Source: Guillardia theta CCMP2712
Taxonomy: Eukaryota > Protista > Cryptophyta
Direction: 5' to 3'
Assembly (NCBI RefSeq): GCF_000315625.1
Contig: NW_005434540.1
Location: 1-64,000 of the forward strand
Length of the DNA stretch: 64,000 bases
The notes beneath the pieces are model-generated. The model was not told the origin of the DNA and did not search any database. It worked only from the letters and a program-made list of their open reading frames with translations. Positions within the stretch are counted from its first letter, which is position 1; each line of letters starts with the position of its first letter. The translations under genes and the position numbers were made by a program. Positions 30,001 to 42,000 of the stretch are shown in pieces.

Positions 30001-33000
30001 CTTTGTCACGCGGAGGAGTAGTGTACACGTACTACGTAGAGGAGAGAGTGTCCGGGCTATCACCTTGCTCAGGGCCAGCGGAAGGGTCAACCCAAGTCGC
30101 CGTCACAGGGTCCGGCTTCCTCGAGGTAGCCAGCCTCACCTGCCGCTTCGGCGCGAGTGTAGGAGATGGCAGCCCAAGCTCCGGCGGTCTGGGCAGCTGG
30201 AGGGAGGTACCGGGGAAGTGGCGGTCGTCTACGCTTGTGGGCTGCTCAGCACCTGCAGCATCCGGAGAGCAGACGATGCAGGTCCAGCTCAGCAACAACG
30301 GGGTCGACTTCTCCTCCGCGAGCGCGACCTACACGTACGAGCGAGCCCCTACCGTCACATCGCTGAGCCTCCTTGCCCTTGACGGGAGCTCTGGTCAGGT
30401 CGAGCAGGACCACGGACGCACGGTGCGGGTGATCGGGAAGCACTTTGTCGCAAGCCCGCAGCTGAGGTGCAGCCTGCCGGGGGTCGCCAGATACATCACG
30501 TCGTCTATGGTCGATTGTGTATCAGGAGGGGGCCGTGTCGGGGGGAACCTGACGGTCGAGGTAAGCAACAACGGTCAGGACTGGAGCAGCGGAGGCTTGG
30601 GGCTGCTCGCTTGGGAGGATATGCCCCGCTTCTCCGAGGAGGTCCAGCTTGAGCCGTCCATGGGTCCCAGCAGAGGCGGAACACAGGTCACCGTCCGTCT
30701 GCTTGGTGCGGAGGGGCTCCAGGGCGTATCTTTATCCCTGCAGGTGGGACTAGAGGGCAGTGCAGAATGCCGCTACCAGAGCGGTACAGAGTACCGGTGT
30801 CAGATGCCCGAGGTACGCTCGACGACGAACCGTGTGCTGTCCCGATACACGGTACCGGTACACCTCGTCATAGAGGGACAGCCGGCTTTGTCACGCGGAG
30901 GAGTAGTGTACACGTACTACGTAGAGGAGAGAGTGTCCGGGCTATCACCTTGCTCAGGGCCAGCGGAAGGGTCAACCCAAGTCGCCGTCACAGGGTCCGG
31001 CTTCCTCGAGGTAGCCAGCCTCACCTGCCGCTTCGGCGCGAGTGTAGGAGATGGTAGCCCAAGCTCCGGCGGTCTGGGCAGCTGGAGGGAGGTACCGGGG
31101 AAGTGGCGGTCGTCTACGCTTGTAGGCTGCTCAGCACCTGCAGCATCCGGAGAGCAGACGATGCAGGTCCAGCTCAGCAACAACGGGGTCGACTTCTCCT
31201 CCGCGAGCGCGACCTACACGTACGAGCGAGCCCCTACCGTCACATCGCTGAGCCTCCTTGCCCTTGACGGGAGCTCTGGTCAGGTCGAGCAGGACCACGG
31301 ACGCACGGTGCGGGTGATCGGGAAGCACTTTGTCGCAAGCCCGCAGCTGAGGTGCAGCCTGCCGGGGGTCGCCAGATACATCACGTCGTCTATGGTCGAT
31401 TGTGTATCAGGAGGGGGCCGTGTCGGGGGGAACCTGACGGTCGAGGTAAGCAACAACGGTCAGGACTGGAGCAGAGATGGAGTCTCAATGGTGAGGGGAG
31501 GATCGTATTGGATTAGTGTCATACCCAGCAGTGGTCCAACGTCAGGTGGCAACTTTGTCAGTGTTGTCATGGCACACGGCTATGAATCCCCTGTCTTGAC
31601 ATGCAGATTTGGAGGGGTATGGGTATCGGGAACACGTGTAACGAGTACCGAGATTTCATGCCTTGTTCCTCCTTCGTCTGCATCTGTAGCGATTGCATTG
31701 ACGCTGATATCAGACAGCCTTGAAGAGTGGGGTGCAGCTACATATGAGTATGTGCAATATCCGAGGATTGATGCGCTAGTACCTTCGCATGGCAGCACTC
31801 TGTACCCGTTTGTGATCTCATTAGTTGGAGCGAGCTTCGTCGAATCTAACATGCTGCGGTGCAGGTTTAGCACGCAAGACAAACATGGACTCAATACTCC
31901 CATTTCATGGGCAGAAGCAGCATTTCAATCTTCCACTCTCTTACACTGTCTTTCGCCTGTGCTCAATGGTAATGCGAACATGATCGTGGAGGTTAGCAAC
32001 AATGCGAAGGATTTCGTTGCAAACCAAGCAGCAATGGAGCTGCACAAGCCACCTGAGCTTAGCAGAGTTATTCCTTCTACCATTCTTTCGCGCCTGATGT
32101 ATTCTATCACAATTTATGGGAACGGGTTGGGAATGATAAGAGGAAGAACATGTTGGGTCGGGAAAGAAGGCATACATTTGTCAGAGGTTGTATCTGACTC
32201 AATGGTCATTTGCAGAGGACAAATCAACAAGGCAGGCAACTTCAGTATTGCGTTGAGCAGTAACGGTGATGACTACATACCCACCGGTCTTCGTCTTATT
32301 TCAGTAGACTCCCACCTTCTTGAAGTAGACTTCGAGCCCACTGTGGGGTCCTTGTCTGGAGGCACTCGTGTGCTCGTGCGTGGTCGCAGCGCAAGAGGTG
32401 GTGTAGCGATGACATCTGTACTCTTCGGACAAGTGCAAGTCGGATGTTCGATGCTCGCACCGGGCCTTGCATCATGTGTTTCACCTGTTGCCGACGAATC
32501 TAGTGTCTCCATCACTCCCTGCCTTGGAGGAGTATGTATTCGTGGCTGGACGGCGAATAGCACTTTTCAGTATAGAGCGCTTCCCGTCCTCATCTCTGTC
32601 AATCCTAGCATCGGTCCTCAGGAGGGAGGGAAACTTGTTACAATCACCCTGGAGAATATTGATCTCAGCGACAGGTCGTTTTGCAAGTTTGGGAGCTCGG
32701 GGATGATTCCAGGTACGACAGTATCTAGTTCTGAGGTAGCTTGTATTACTCCTCGATCAAATTCCTCGATCGTACATGTTCAAGTCACTGTGAATCGTCA
32801 AGAGTACTCGAGCATTAGTCCTTTTGATAGATATGTATACATGAGTCGAGCAAAGATCGAGAGCATGGTGCCGGACGTTTTGATGACTAGCATCCAACAG
32901 GACATCACTCTAGTGGGTGGACCTTTCCTCAATCAAGAGCGGATGACCTGCAAGTTCGGGAAGGAGAAGAGCTTTGTAGCCATGCAGATATCCACGAGCG

Positions 33001-36000
33001 TTTTGATGTGCTTGAATGTATTCTTGTCGTCACCTGGAAACGCAAGTGTAAAAGTGCTTTTGGACGACATTCCTTCTATAGATAGCAACATAGAGCTGAT
33101 GTGCTTTCAGCCCCCAGTGATCGAGCGCGTCGATCCCTCGATCCTGCTCACGGGAGGATCCATGCTTGTGCAATTCAGAGATCTCCGTGGAGATCCTCGA
33201 TTATCATTGAAGCTGGAGGGTGCTACTTGCGATTGTGTGCGAAAAGGTGACTGGGAGCTTGAATGCAACGTGCCAAACGTTACAGAAGGGGTCCGAGCCT
33301 TGCAGCTCTATGACGAGATGTATCCGGCCGCTTACTATTCACAGAAATTCGATGTGATGGTGCAAGGCCATCGACGGATCATGGAGATACATCCTTCTCT
33401 CGTGGTGACAGGGGCGTCCCAGGGCCTTTCAGTTACGGTCATTGGAGACTTTTTCGCTAGGGGAGCGGTGGCTTGTGCCTTCACTAGCACGAGTACGGAC
33501 GGTACGTACATGACATCGTCCGCAGTCCGATGTCCTTTGCCTTGGAAGGAGGACCTTTCTGGATATGGTGCTGGGTTGAGAACTGTTTCAGTTGACTCTT
33601 TGGTGTATCATTATAGTGAATCTCCGGTTATTCCCTTTTCTGTCGTTTCATTTACGACAATACATCCCTCTGTCATATCTGCGACTCATTCTACTCTGAT
33701 TTGGATTTATGGTCATGGGTTCTCAAACGATATAGCCCATGGGGTTGAGTGCAGCTTTCTTCACTCAAAATATCTCGCGAGGTTTCACACTTCATCGAAG
33801 CTTTCAACCTATGTGTCAGGATCGCTTCCTCCCGGAAACGTCACTTTTACGATTGATTTGAAGGGATTTTCAACATTGTTTCCAATCCAGATTGATGTTC
33901 CGCTGATGGTCCTTAGTCCCTCGACTGGCCCAATGGCAAACAGCTTCATGGTGCATATTGCATTACCCTATATTCCTCCTGCATTAGAAAATTTGACATG
34001 TCGATTCGGACAACAGCTATCCAATTGCCCTATGCATGTTCAATCCACAATTGAGTTCGTTTGCCAAACTCCAATAGTATCCACTGAATCAAAAATTCCT
34101 GTTTCTTGCTTTTGGAAAAAGTATCTCTTCAAATCATACATAGAATTCTGGAATCCCGCCAAAAAGTTTGAAATATACCATTTCATGCCGTCATCCGGGC
34201 GTTGTACAAGAAACATTCAAATTACGGTGTATGGATCATTTTTGAATCATTCTTCAATATTATGTTCAAACGGGAAAAATAACACCCATTTGGTCACGAT
34301 AATGTCTACAACAATGTTGCTTTGTTCGCTTCCACCACCATTGGTTGATGGAAAAATCAAATTGACATTAACTGACAAGGATTCAAAAACTACGACAACC
34401 TTGGAATATCACAGCTATTTTGGATTCAATTTATCCAATCTCAATCCAAACAAAATCCTTTCAGGTGTGAGCCGACTTGTAACCCTCGAAGGGAGTGAAT
34501 TCCAAGAGTGGAAATCTTTAACCTCATGCTGTAAGTTTGGATCGTATCAACCTTCCTTCCTTACTGTCTTGTCCGACTCAAGGATGATTTGCTCGTCGCC
34601 TGAAGATCCGCAACGCGGGAACCTCTCCATCTCGCTGAGTGTTGACTGCAAGCATTTCACCAAGTGCCCATCCACAATCTCTCTCCAGGTGACCTCTACA
34701 CCATCTGTAGAGATTATAAGCCCGACACGAGGATACATCAATCATCCGGTAGTTGTCTCTTTCAGACTTCAAGCAGAGCTCGGATCCAGTCATCAGTTGT
34801 ATTGCTGCTGGGGCAATGAGACATATTCCAGCATCGGTCGGACAAGCGGTAGGAGATTCGAGTGCCCGTTTCCACAAGCCAAGCAAGCGGGTCTCGGGCT
34901 CCTGCAAATATCCATGTCACCATACAATTGTTCAAGTGAACCAGAGTATCGGGTACCGTTCGAGCTCATGGGACCTTTGCATGTGGAGAGCTTGATTCCA
35001 TCAGTGGGGCCAGTTAACGGTGGGGGACAAATCACCATCGTTGGCAGCGGCTTCCATCAATGCGATCACCTCCAGCCCAGCTGCAGCTTCGGAAGCTCTC
35101 ATCCTGGACTCTGCTTGATCGTTACTGACACTGTGATGTTGTGCTCGACGCCTTCTCAAGAGGCGGGTTACTCATCGCTGACCTTGACAACCTGTGGCAA
35201 TACTGTTTCATTCGCAAACATCTTGTTCATGTTTGAGGAACCACCCGAGATCCATCGACTCAATCCGACGACGTTGTCGGCATTGAAGACAGAAGTCACT
35301 CTGATTGGCAGAGGTTTCCGACCCAGTTTACGCATGATTTGTGTGATTGGAGAATCGCAACCAGTGCTTACATCTTACCTTTCCCCGTCGAGGGAAGTAT
35401 GTGCTGTCTCAACGCCGGTAACGGGAAATTTGACATTGGAGATATACAGCCACCAAGGTTTTGCACCCATCTTTGTCTGGAACATGGCATCTATGGCCTC
35501 AAGAGTGTTGAGTTGCAGCCCAAGCAGTGGCCCGAAGGATGGAAACACGACGGTACATATCTTGCTCACCATGGAGTCTGCGGGAACCTTCGATTCTTGT
35601 CGATTCGGAGGACTCCGAGTGCCAGTCACAAGGCACCGACGAGATGATATCTCGTGTACAACGCCGCAGGTGTCAGTTGCAGGCATCGTGAGTGCAGATG
35701 TATGTGACGGCGAGTCTTGCATTTTCATGAGCGAATTCCACTTCTATGAAACGGAAAGGCTAATCTCTGTGTACCCATCATCCGGGCCGACTACAGGAGG
35801 CACTATCGTGACCGTCATCGGGAGCTACTTTCAAGACATTAACATCAGGCTACGGCTGTCAGACGAGAGCACTCAAAGAGCCATCTGGCTGACAAGCACA
35901 ACTCTATTGACCACCATACCAGCAGCAGCATCTGCTCAGCACGTTGACATCAAAGTAGGCAACAACGGGGTCGACTTCTCCTCCGCGAGCGCGACCTACA

Positions 36001-39000
36001 CGTACGAGCGAGCCCCTACCGTCACATCGCTGAGCCTCCTTGCCCTTGACGGGAGCTCTGGTCAGGTCGAGCAGGACCACGGACGCACGGTGCGGGTGAT
36101 CGGGAAGCACTTTGTCGCAAGCCCGCAGCTGAGGTGCAGCCTGCCGGGGGTCGCCAGATACATCACGTCGTCTATGGTCGATTGTGTATCAGGAGGGGGC
36201 CGTGTCGGGGGGAACCTGACGGTCGAGGTAAGCAACAACGGTCAGGACTGGAGCAGCGGAGGCTTGGGGCTGCTCGCTTGGGAGGATACGCCCCGCTTCT
36301 CCGAGGAGGTCCAGCTTGAGCCGACCATGGGTCCCAGCAGAGGCGGAACACAGGTCACCGTCCGTCTGCTTGGTGCGGAGGGGCTCCAGGGCGTATCTTT
36401 ATCCCTGCAGGTGGGACTAGAGGGCAGTGCAGAATGCCGCTACCAGAGCGGTACAGAGTACCGGTGTCAGATGCCCGAGGTACGCTCGACGACGAACCGT
36501 GTGCTGTCCCGATACACGGTACCGGTACACCTCGTCATAGAGGGACAGCCGGCTTTGTCACGCGGAGGAGTAGTGTACACGTACTACGTAGAGGAGAGAG
36601 TGTCCGGGCTATCACCTTGCTCAGGGCCAGCGGAAGGGTCAACCCAAGTCGCCGTCACAGGGTCCGGCTTCCTCGAGGTAGCCAGCCTCACCTGCCGCTT
36701 CGGCGCGAGTGTAGGAGATGGTAGCCCAAGCTCCGGCGGTCTGGGCAGCTGGAGGGAGGTACCGGGGAAGTGGCGGTCGTCTACGCTTGTAGGCTGCTCA
36801 GCACCTGCAGCATCCGGAGAGCAGACGATGCAGGTCCAGCTCAGCAACAACGGGGTCGACTTCTCCTCCGCGAGCGCGACCTACACGTACGAGCGAGCCC
36901 CTACCGTCACATCGCTGAGCCTCCTTGCCCTTGACGGGAGCTCTGGTCAGGTCGAGCAGGACCACGGACGCACGGTGCGGGTGATCGGGAAGCACTTTGT
37001 CGCAAGCCCGCAGCTGAGGTGCAGCCTGCCGGGGGTCGCCAGATACCTCACGTCGTCTATGGTCGATTGTGTATCAGGAGGGGGCCGTGTCGGGGGGAAC
37101 CTGACGGTCGAGGTAAGCAACAACGGTCAGGACTGGAGCAGAGATGGAGTTTCAATGGTGAGGGGAGGATCGTATTGGATTAGTGTCATACCCAGCAGTG
37201 GTCCAACGTCAGGTGGCAACTTTGTCAGTGTTGTCATGGCACACGGCTATGAATCCCCTGTCTTGACATGCAGATTTGGAGGGGTATGGGTATCGGGAAC
37301 ACGTGTAACGAGTACCGAGATTTCATGCCTTGTTCCTCCTTCGTCTGCATCTGTAGCGATTGCATTGACGCTGATATCAGACAGCCTTGAAGAGTGGGGT
37401 GCAGCTACATATGAGTATGTGCAATATCCGAGGATTGATGCGCTAGTACCTTCGCATGGCAGCACTCTGTACCCGTTTGTGATCTCATTAGTTGGAGCGA
37501 GCTTCGTCGAATCTAACATGCTGCGGTGCAGGTTTAGCACGCAAGACAAACATGGACTCAATACTCCCATTTCATGGGCAGAAGCAGCATTTCAATCTTC
37601 CACTCTCTTACACTGTCTTTCGCCTGTGCTCAATGGTAATGCGAACATGATCGTGGAGGTTAGCAACAATGCGAAGGATTTCGTTGCAAACCAAGCAGCA
37701 ATGGAGCTGCACAAGCCACCTGAGCTTAGCAGAGTTATTCCTTCTACCATTCTTTCGCGCCTGATGTATTCTATCACAATTTATGGGAACGGGTTGGGAA
37801 TGATAAGAGGAAGAACATGTTGGGTCGGGAAAGAAGGCATACATTTGTCAGAGGTTGTATCTGACTCAATGGTCATTTGCAGAGGACAAATCAACAAGGC
37901 AGGCAACTTCAGTATTGCGTTGAGCAGTAACGGTGATGACTACATACCCACCGGTCTTCGTCTTATTTCAGTAGACTCCCACCTTCTTGAAGTAGACTTC
38001 GAGCCCACTGTGGGGTCCTTGTCTGGAGGCACTCGTGTGCTCGTGCGTGGTCGCAGCGCAAGAGGTGGTGTAGCGATGACATCTGTACTCTTCGGACAAG
38101 TGCAAGTCGGATGTTCGATGCTCGCACCGGGCCTTGCATCATGTGTTTCACCTGTTGCCGACGAATCTAGTGTCTCCATCACTCCCTGCCTTGGAGGAGT
38201 ATGTATTCGTGGCTGGACGGCGAATAGCACTTTTCAGTATAGAGCGCTTCCCGTCCTCATCTCTGTCAACCCTAGCATCGGTCCTCAGGAGGGAGGGAAA
38301 CTTGTTACAATCACCCTGGAGAATATTGATCTCAGCGACAGGTCGTTTTGCAAGTTTGGGAGCTCGGGGATGATTCCAGGTACGACAGTATCTAGTTCTG
38401 AGGTAGCTTGTATTACTCCTCGATCAAATTCCTCGATCGTACATGTTCAAGTCACTGTGAATCGTCAAGAGTACTCGAGCATTAGTCCTTTTGATAGATA
38501 TGTATACATGAGTCGAGCAAAGATCGAGAGCATGGTGCCGGACGTTTTGATGACTAGCATCCAACAGGACATCACTCTAGTGGGTGGACCTTTCCTCAAT
38601 CAAGAGCGGATGACCTGCAAGTTCGGGAAGGAGAAGAGCTTTGTAGCCATGCAGATATCCACGAGCGTTTTGATGTGCTTGAATGTATTCTTGTCGTCAC
38701 CTGGAAACGCAAGTGTAAAAGTGCTTTTGGACGACATTCCTTCTATAGATAGCAACATAGAGCTGATGTGCTTTCAGCCCCCAGTGATCGAGCGCGTCGA
38801 TCCCTCGATCCTGCTCACGGGAGGATCCATGCTTGTGCAATTCAGAGATCTCCGTGGAGATCCTCGATTATCATTGAAGCTGGAGGGTGCTACTTGCGAT
38901 TGTGTGCGAAAAGGTGACTGGGAGCTTGAATGCAACGTGCCAAACGTTACAGAAGGGGTCCGAGCCTTGCAGCTCTATGACGAGATGTATCCGGCCGCTT

Positions 39001-42000
39001 ACTATTCACAGAAATTCGATGTGATGGTGCAAGGCCATCGACGGATCATGGAGATACATCCTTCTCTCGTGGTGACAGGGGCGTCCCAGGGCCTTTCAGT
39101 TACGGTCATTGGAGACTTTTTCGCTAGGGGAGCGGTGGCTTGTGCCTTCACTAGCACGAGTACGGACGGTACGTACATGACATCGTCCGCAGTCCGATGT
39201 CCCTTGCCGGTCATGACAGAGACGACTTTGGAGAGGGAATACTTGTATAAAGTGAGTGTGGGCAACTTCTTGGTGCACAACGACGAGGGATTGAAATGGA
39301 TGATTGCTGTCGTTGATACGTTGGCACCAAAGTCATTGTCCAAATTCAACAAAAGCATCATCACTATAGTTGGTAAACATTTTCAGGAATGGAAATCTTT
39401 AACCTCATGCTGTAAGTTTGGATCGTATCAACCTTCCTTCCTTACTGTCTTGTCCGACTCAAGGATGATTTGCTCGTCGCCTGAAGATCCGCAACGCGGG
39501 AACCTCTCCATCTCGCTGAGTGTTGACTGCAAGCATTTCACCAAGTGCCCATCCACAATCTCTCTCCAGGTGACCTCTACACCATCTGTAGAGATTATAA
39601 GCCCGACACGAGGATACATCAATCATCCGGTAGTTGTCTCTTTCAGACTTCAAGCAGAGCTCGGATCCAGTCATCAGTTGTATTGCTGCTGGGGCAATGA
39701 GACATATTCCAGCATCGGTCGGACAAGCGGTAGGAGATTCGAGTGCCCGTTTCCACAAGCCAAGCAAGCGGGTCTCGGGCTCCTGCAAATATCCATGTCA
39801 CCATACAATTGTTCAAGTGAACCAGAGTATCGGGTACCGTTCGAGCTCATGGGACCTTTGCATGTGGAGAGCTTGATTCCATCAGTGGGGCCAGTTAACG
39901 GTGGGGGACAAATCACCATCGTTGGCAGCGGCTTCCATCAATGCGATCACCTCCAGCCCAGCTGCAGCTTCGGAAGCTCTCATCCTGGACTCTGCTTGAT
40001 CGTTACTGACACTGTGATGTTGTGCTCGACGCCTTCTCAAGAGGCGGGTTACTCATCGCTGACCTTGACAACCTGTGGCAATACTGTTTCATTCGCAAAC
40101 ATCTTGTTCATGTTTGAGGAACCACCCGAGATCCATCGACTCAATCCGACGACGTTGTCGGCATTGAAGACAGAAGTCACTCTGATTGGCAGAGGTTTCC
40201 GACCCAGTTTACGCATGATTTGTGTGATTGGAGAATCGCAACCAGTGCTTACATCTTACCTTTCCCCGTCGAGGGAAGTATGTGCTGTCTCAACGCCGGT
40301 AACGGGAAATTTGACATTGGAGATATACAGCCACCAAGGTTTTGCACCCATCTTTGTCTGGAACATGGCATCTATGGCCTCAAGAGTGTTGAGTTGCAGC
40401 CCAAGCAGTGGCCCGAAGGATGGAAACACGACGGTACATATCTTGCTCACCATGGAGTCTGCGGGAACCTTCGATTCTTGTCGATTCGGAGGACTCCGAG
40501 TGCCAGTCACAAGGCACCGACGAGATGATATCTCGTGTACAACGCCGCAGGTGTCAGTTGCAGGCATCGTGAGTGCAGATGTATGTGACGGCGAGTCTTG
40601 CATTTTCATGAGCGAATTCCACTTCTATGAAACAGAAAGGCTAATCTCTGTGTACCCATCATCCGGGCCGACTACAGGAGGCACTATCGTGACCGTCATC
40701 GGGAGCTACTTTCAAGACATTAACATCAGGCTACGGCTGTCAGACGAGAGAACTCAAAGAGCCATCTGGCTGACAAGCACAACTCTATTGACCACCATAC
40801 CAGCAGCAGCATCTGCTCAGCACGTTGACATCAAAGTAGGCAACAACGGGGTCGACTTCTCCTCCGCGAGCGCGACCTATACGTACGAGCGAGCCCCTAC
40901 CGTCACATCGCTGAGCCTCCTTGCCCTTGACGGGAGCTCTGGTCAGGTCGAGCAGGACCACGGACGCACGGTGCGGGTGATCGGGAAGCACTTTGTCGCA
41001 AGCCCGCAGCTGAGGTGCAGCCTGCCGGGGGTCGCCAGATACCTCACGTCGTCTATGGTCGATTGTGTATCAGGAGGGGGCCGTGTCGGGGGGAACCTGA
41101 CGGTCGAGGTAAGCAACAACGGTCAGGACTGGAGCAGCGGAGGCTTGGGGCTGCTCGCTTGGGAGGATACGCCCCGCTTCTCCGAGGAGGTCCAGCTTGA
41201 GCCGACCATGGGTCCCAGCAGAGGCGGAACACAGGTCACCGTCCGTCTGCTTGGTGCGGAGGGGCTCCAGGGCGTATCTTTATCCCTGCAGGTGGGACTA
41301 GAGGGCAGTGCAGAATGCCGCTACCAGAGCGGTACAGAGTACCGGTGTCAGATGCCCGAGGTACGCTCGACGACGAACCGTGTGCTGTCCCGATACACGG
41401 TACCGGTACACCTCGTCATAGAGGGACAGCCGGCTTTGTCACGCGGAGGAGTAGTGTACACGTACTACGTAGAGGAGAGAGTGTCCGGGCTATCACCTTG
41501 CTCAGGGCCAGCGGAAGGGTCAACCCAAGTCGCCGTCACAGGGTCCGGCTTCCTCGAGGTAGCCAGCCTCACCTGCCGCTTCGGCGCGAGTGTAGGAGAT
41601 GGTAGTCCAAGCTCCGGCGGTCTGGGCAGCTGGAGGGAGGTACCGGGGAAGTGGCGGTCGTCTACGCTTGTAGGCTGCTCAGCACCTGCAGCATCCGGAG
41701 AGCAGACGATGCAGGTCCAGCTCAGCAACAACGGGGTCGATTTTGTTGGCGATCTTTCGTTTGGATTTTACAGGCTTCCAGTAGTTCTCAATGTTGATTA
41801 CATGGTTCAATCAAGTCCTTTTTTGGTTGAAGTTTCGATCACCGTCGATCGCTTGTCACATTTCTGTTCCTTCACTATGGTTCTTGGCACAAACATCATG
41901 TCCTGTTACTTGGCAACTCCAGAGAATTTGATTTGCAATTCCAAAACCAAGATGAATGGAAATTTCACAGTTTCAATTAGCTGTGACTCTGTATTGTTTG

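Larger units (their letters stand above)
14685..39207 (+). repeat. Cassette G (~2.07 kb, RDGVSMVRGG...AVRCPLP), 3 copies
   Basis: Copies at 14685-16752, 31473-33540 and 37140-39207. Confidence 0.95.
16931..40840 (+). repeat. Cassette I (~1.45 kb, EWKSLTSCC...HVDIKVG), 3 copies
   Basis: Copies at ~16931-18385, 34505-35959 and 39386-40840. Confidence 0.95.
13301..41740 (+). repeat. Cassettes D/E/F (STQVAVTGSGF...GVARY; TPRFSEEVQLEP...GPAEG; TSSMVDC...NNGQDWS), including an 885-bp tandem unit
   Basis: Full D copies at ~13301, 14184, 29201, 30086, 30971 and 36638; 5' part at ~41519; 3' halves at ~18386, 35960 and 40841. E copies at ~13833, 29736, 30621, 36288 and 41169. The 885-bp period runs 29201/30086/30971. 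Confidence 0.95.

Noticed and set aside
3177-41731. Dozens of recurring 60-200 aa ORFs on the minus strand and in alternative plus frames
   Set aside because: They are shadows of the repeated GC-rich cassettes, recur only because the DNA is duplicated, and show no domain signatures.
2942-41740. Repeat/unique alternation resembling a CRISPR array, or cassettes as transposons
   Set aside because: Repeats are 0.1-2.3 kb in-frame coding segments with no terminal inverted repeats, target-site duplications, transposase or cas genes.
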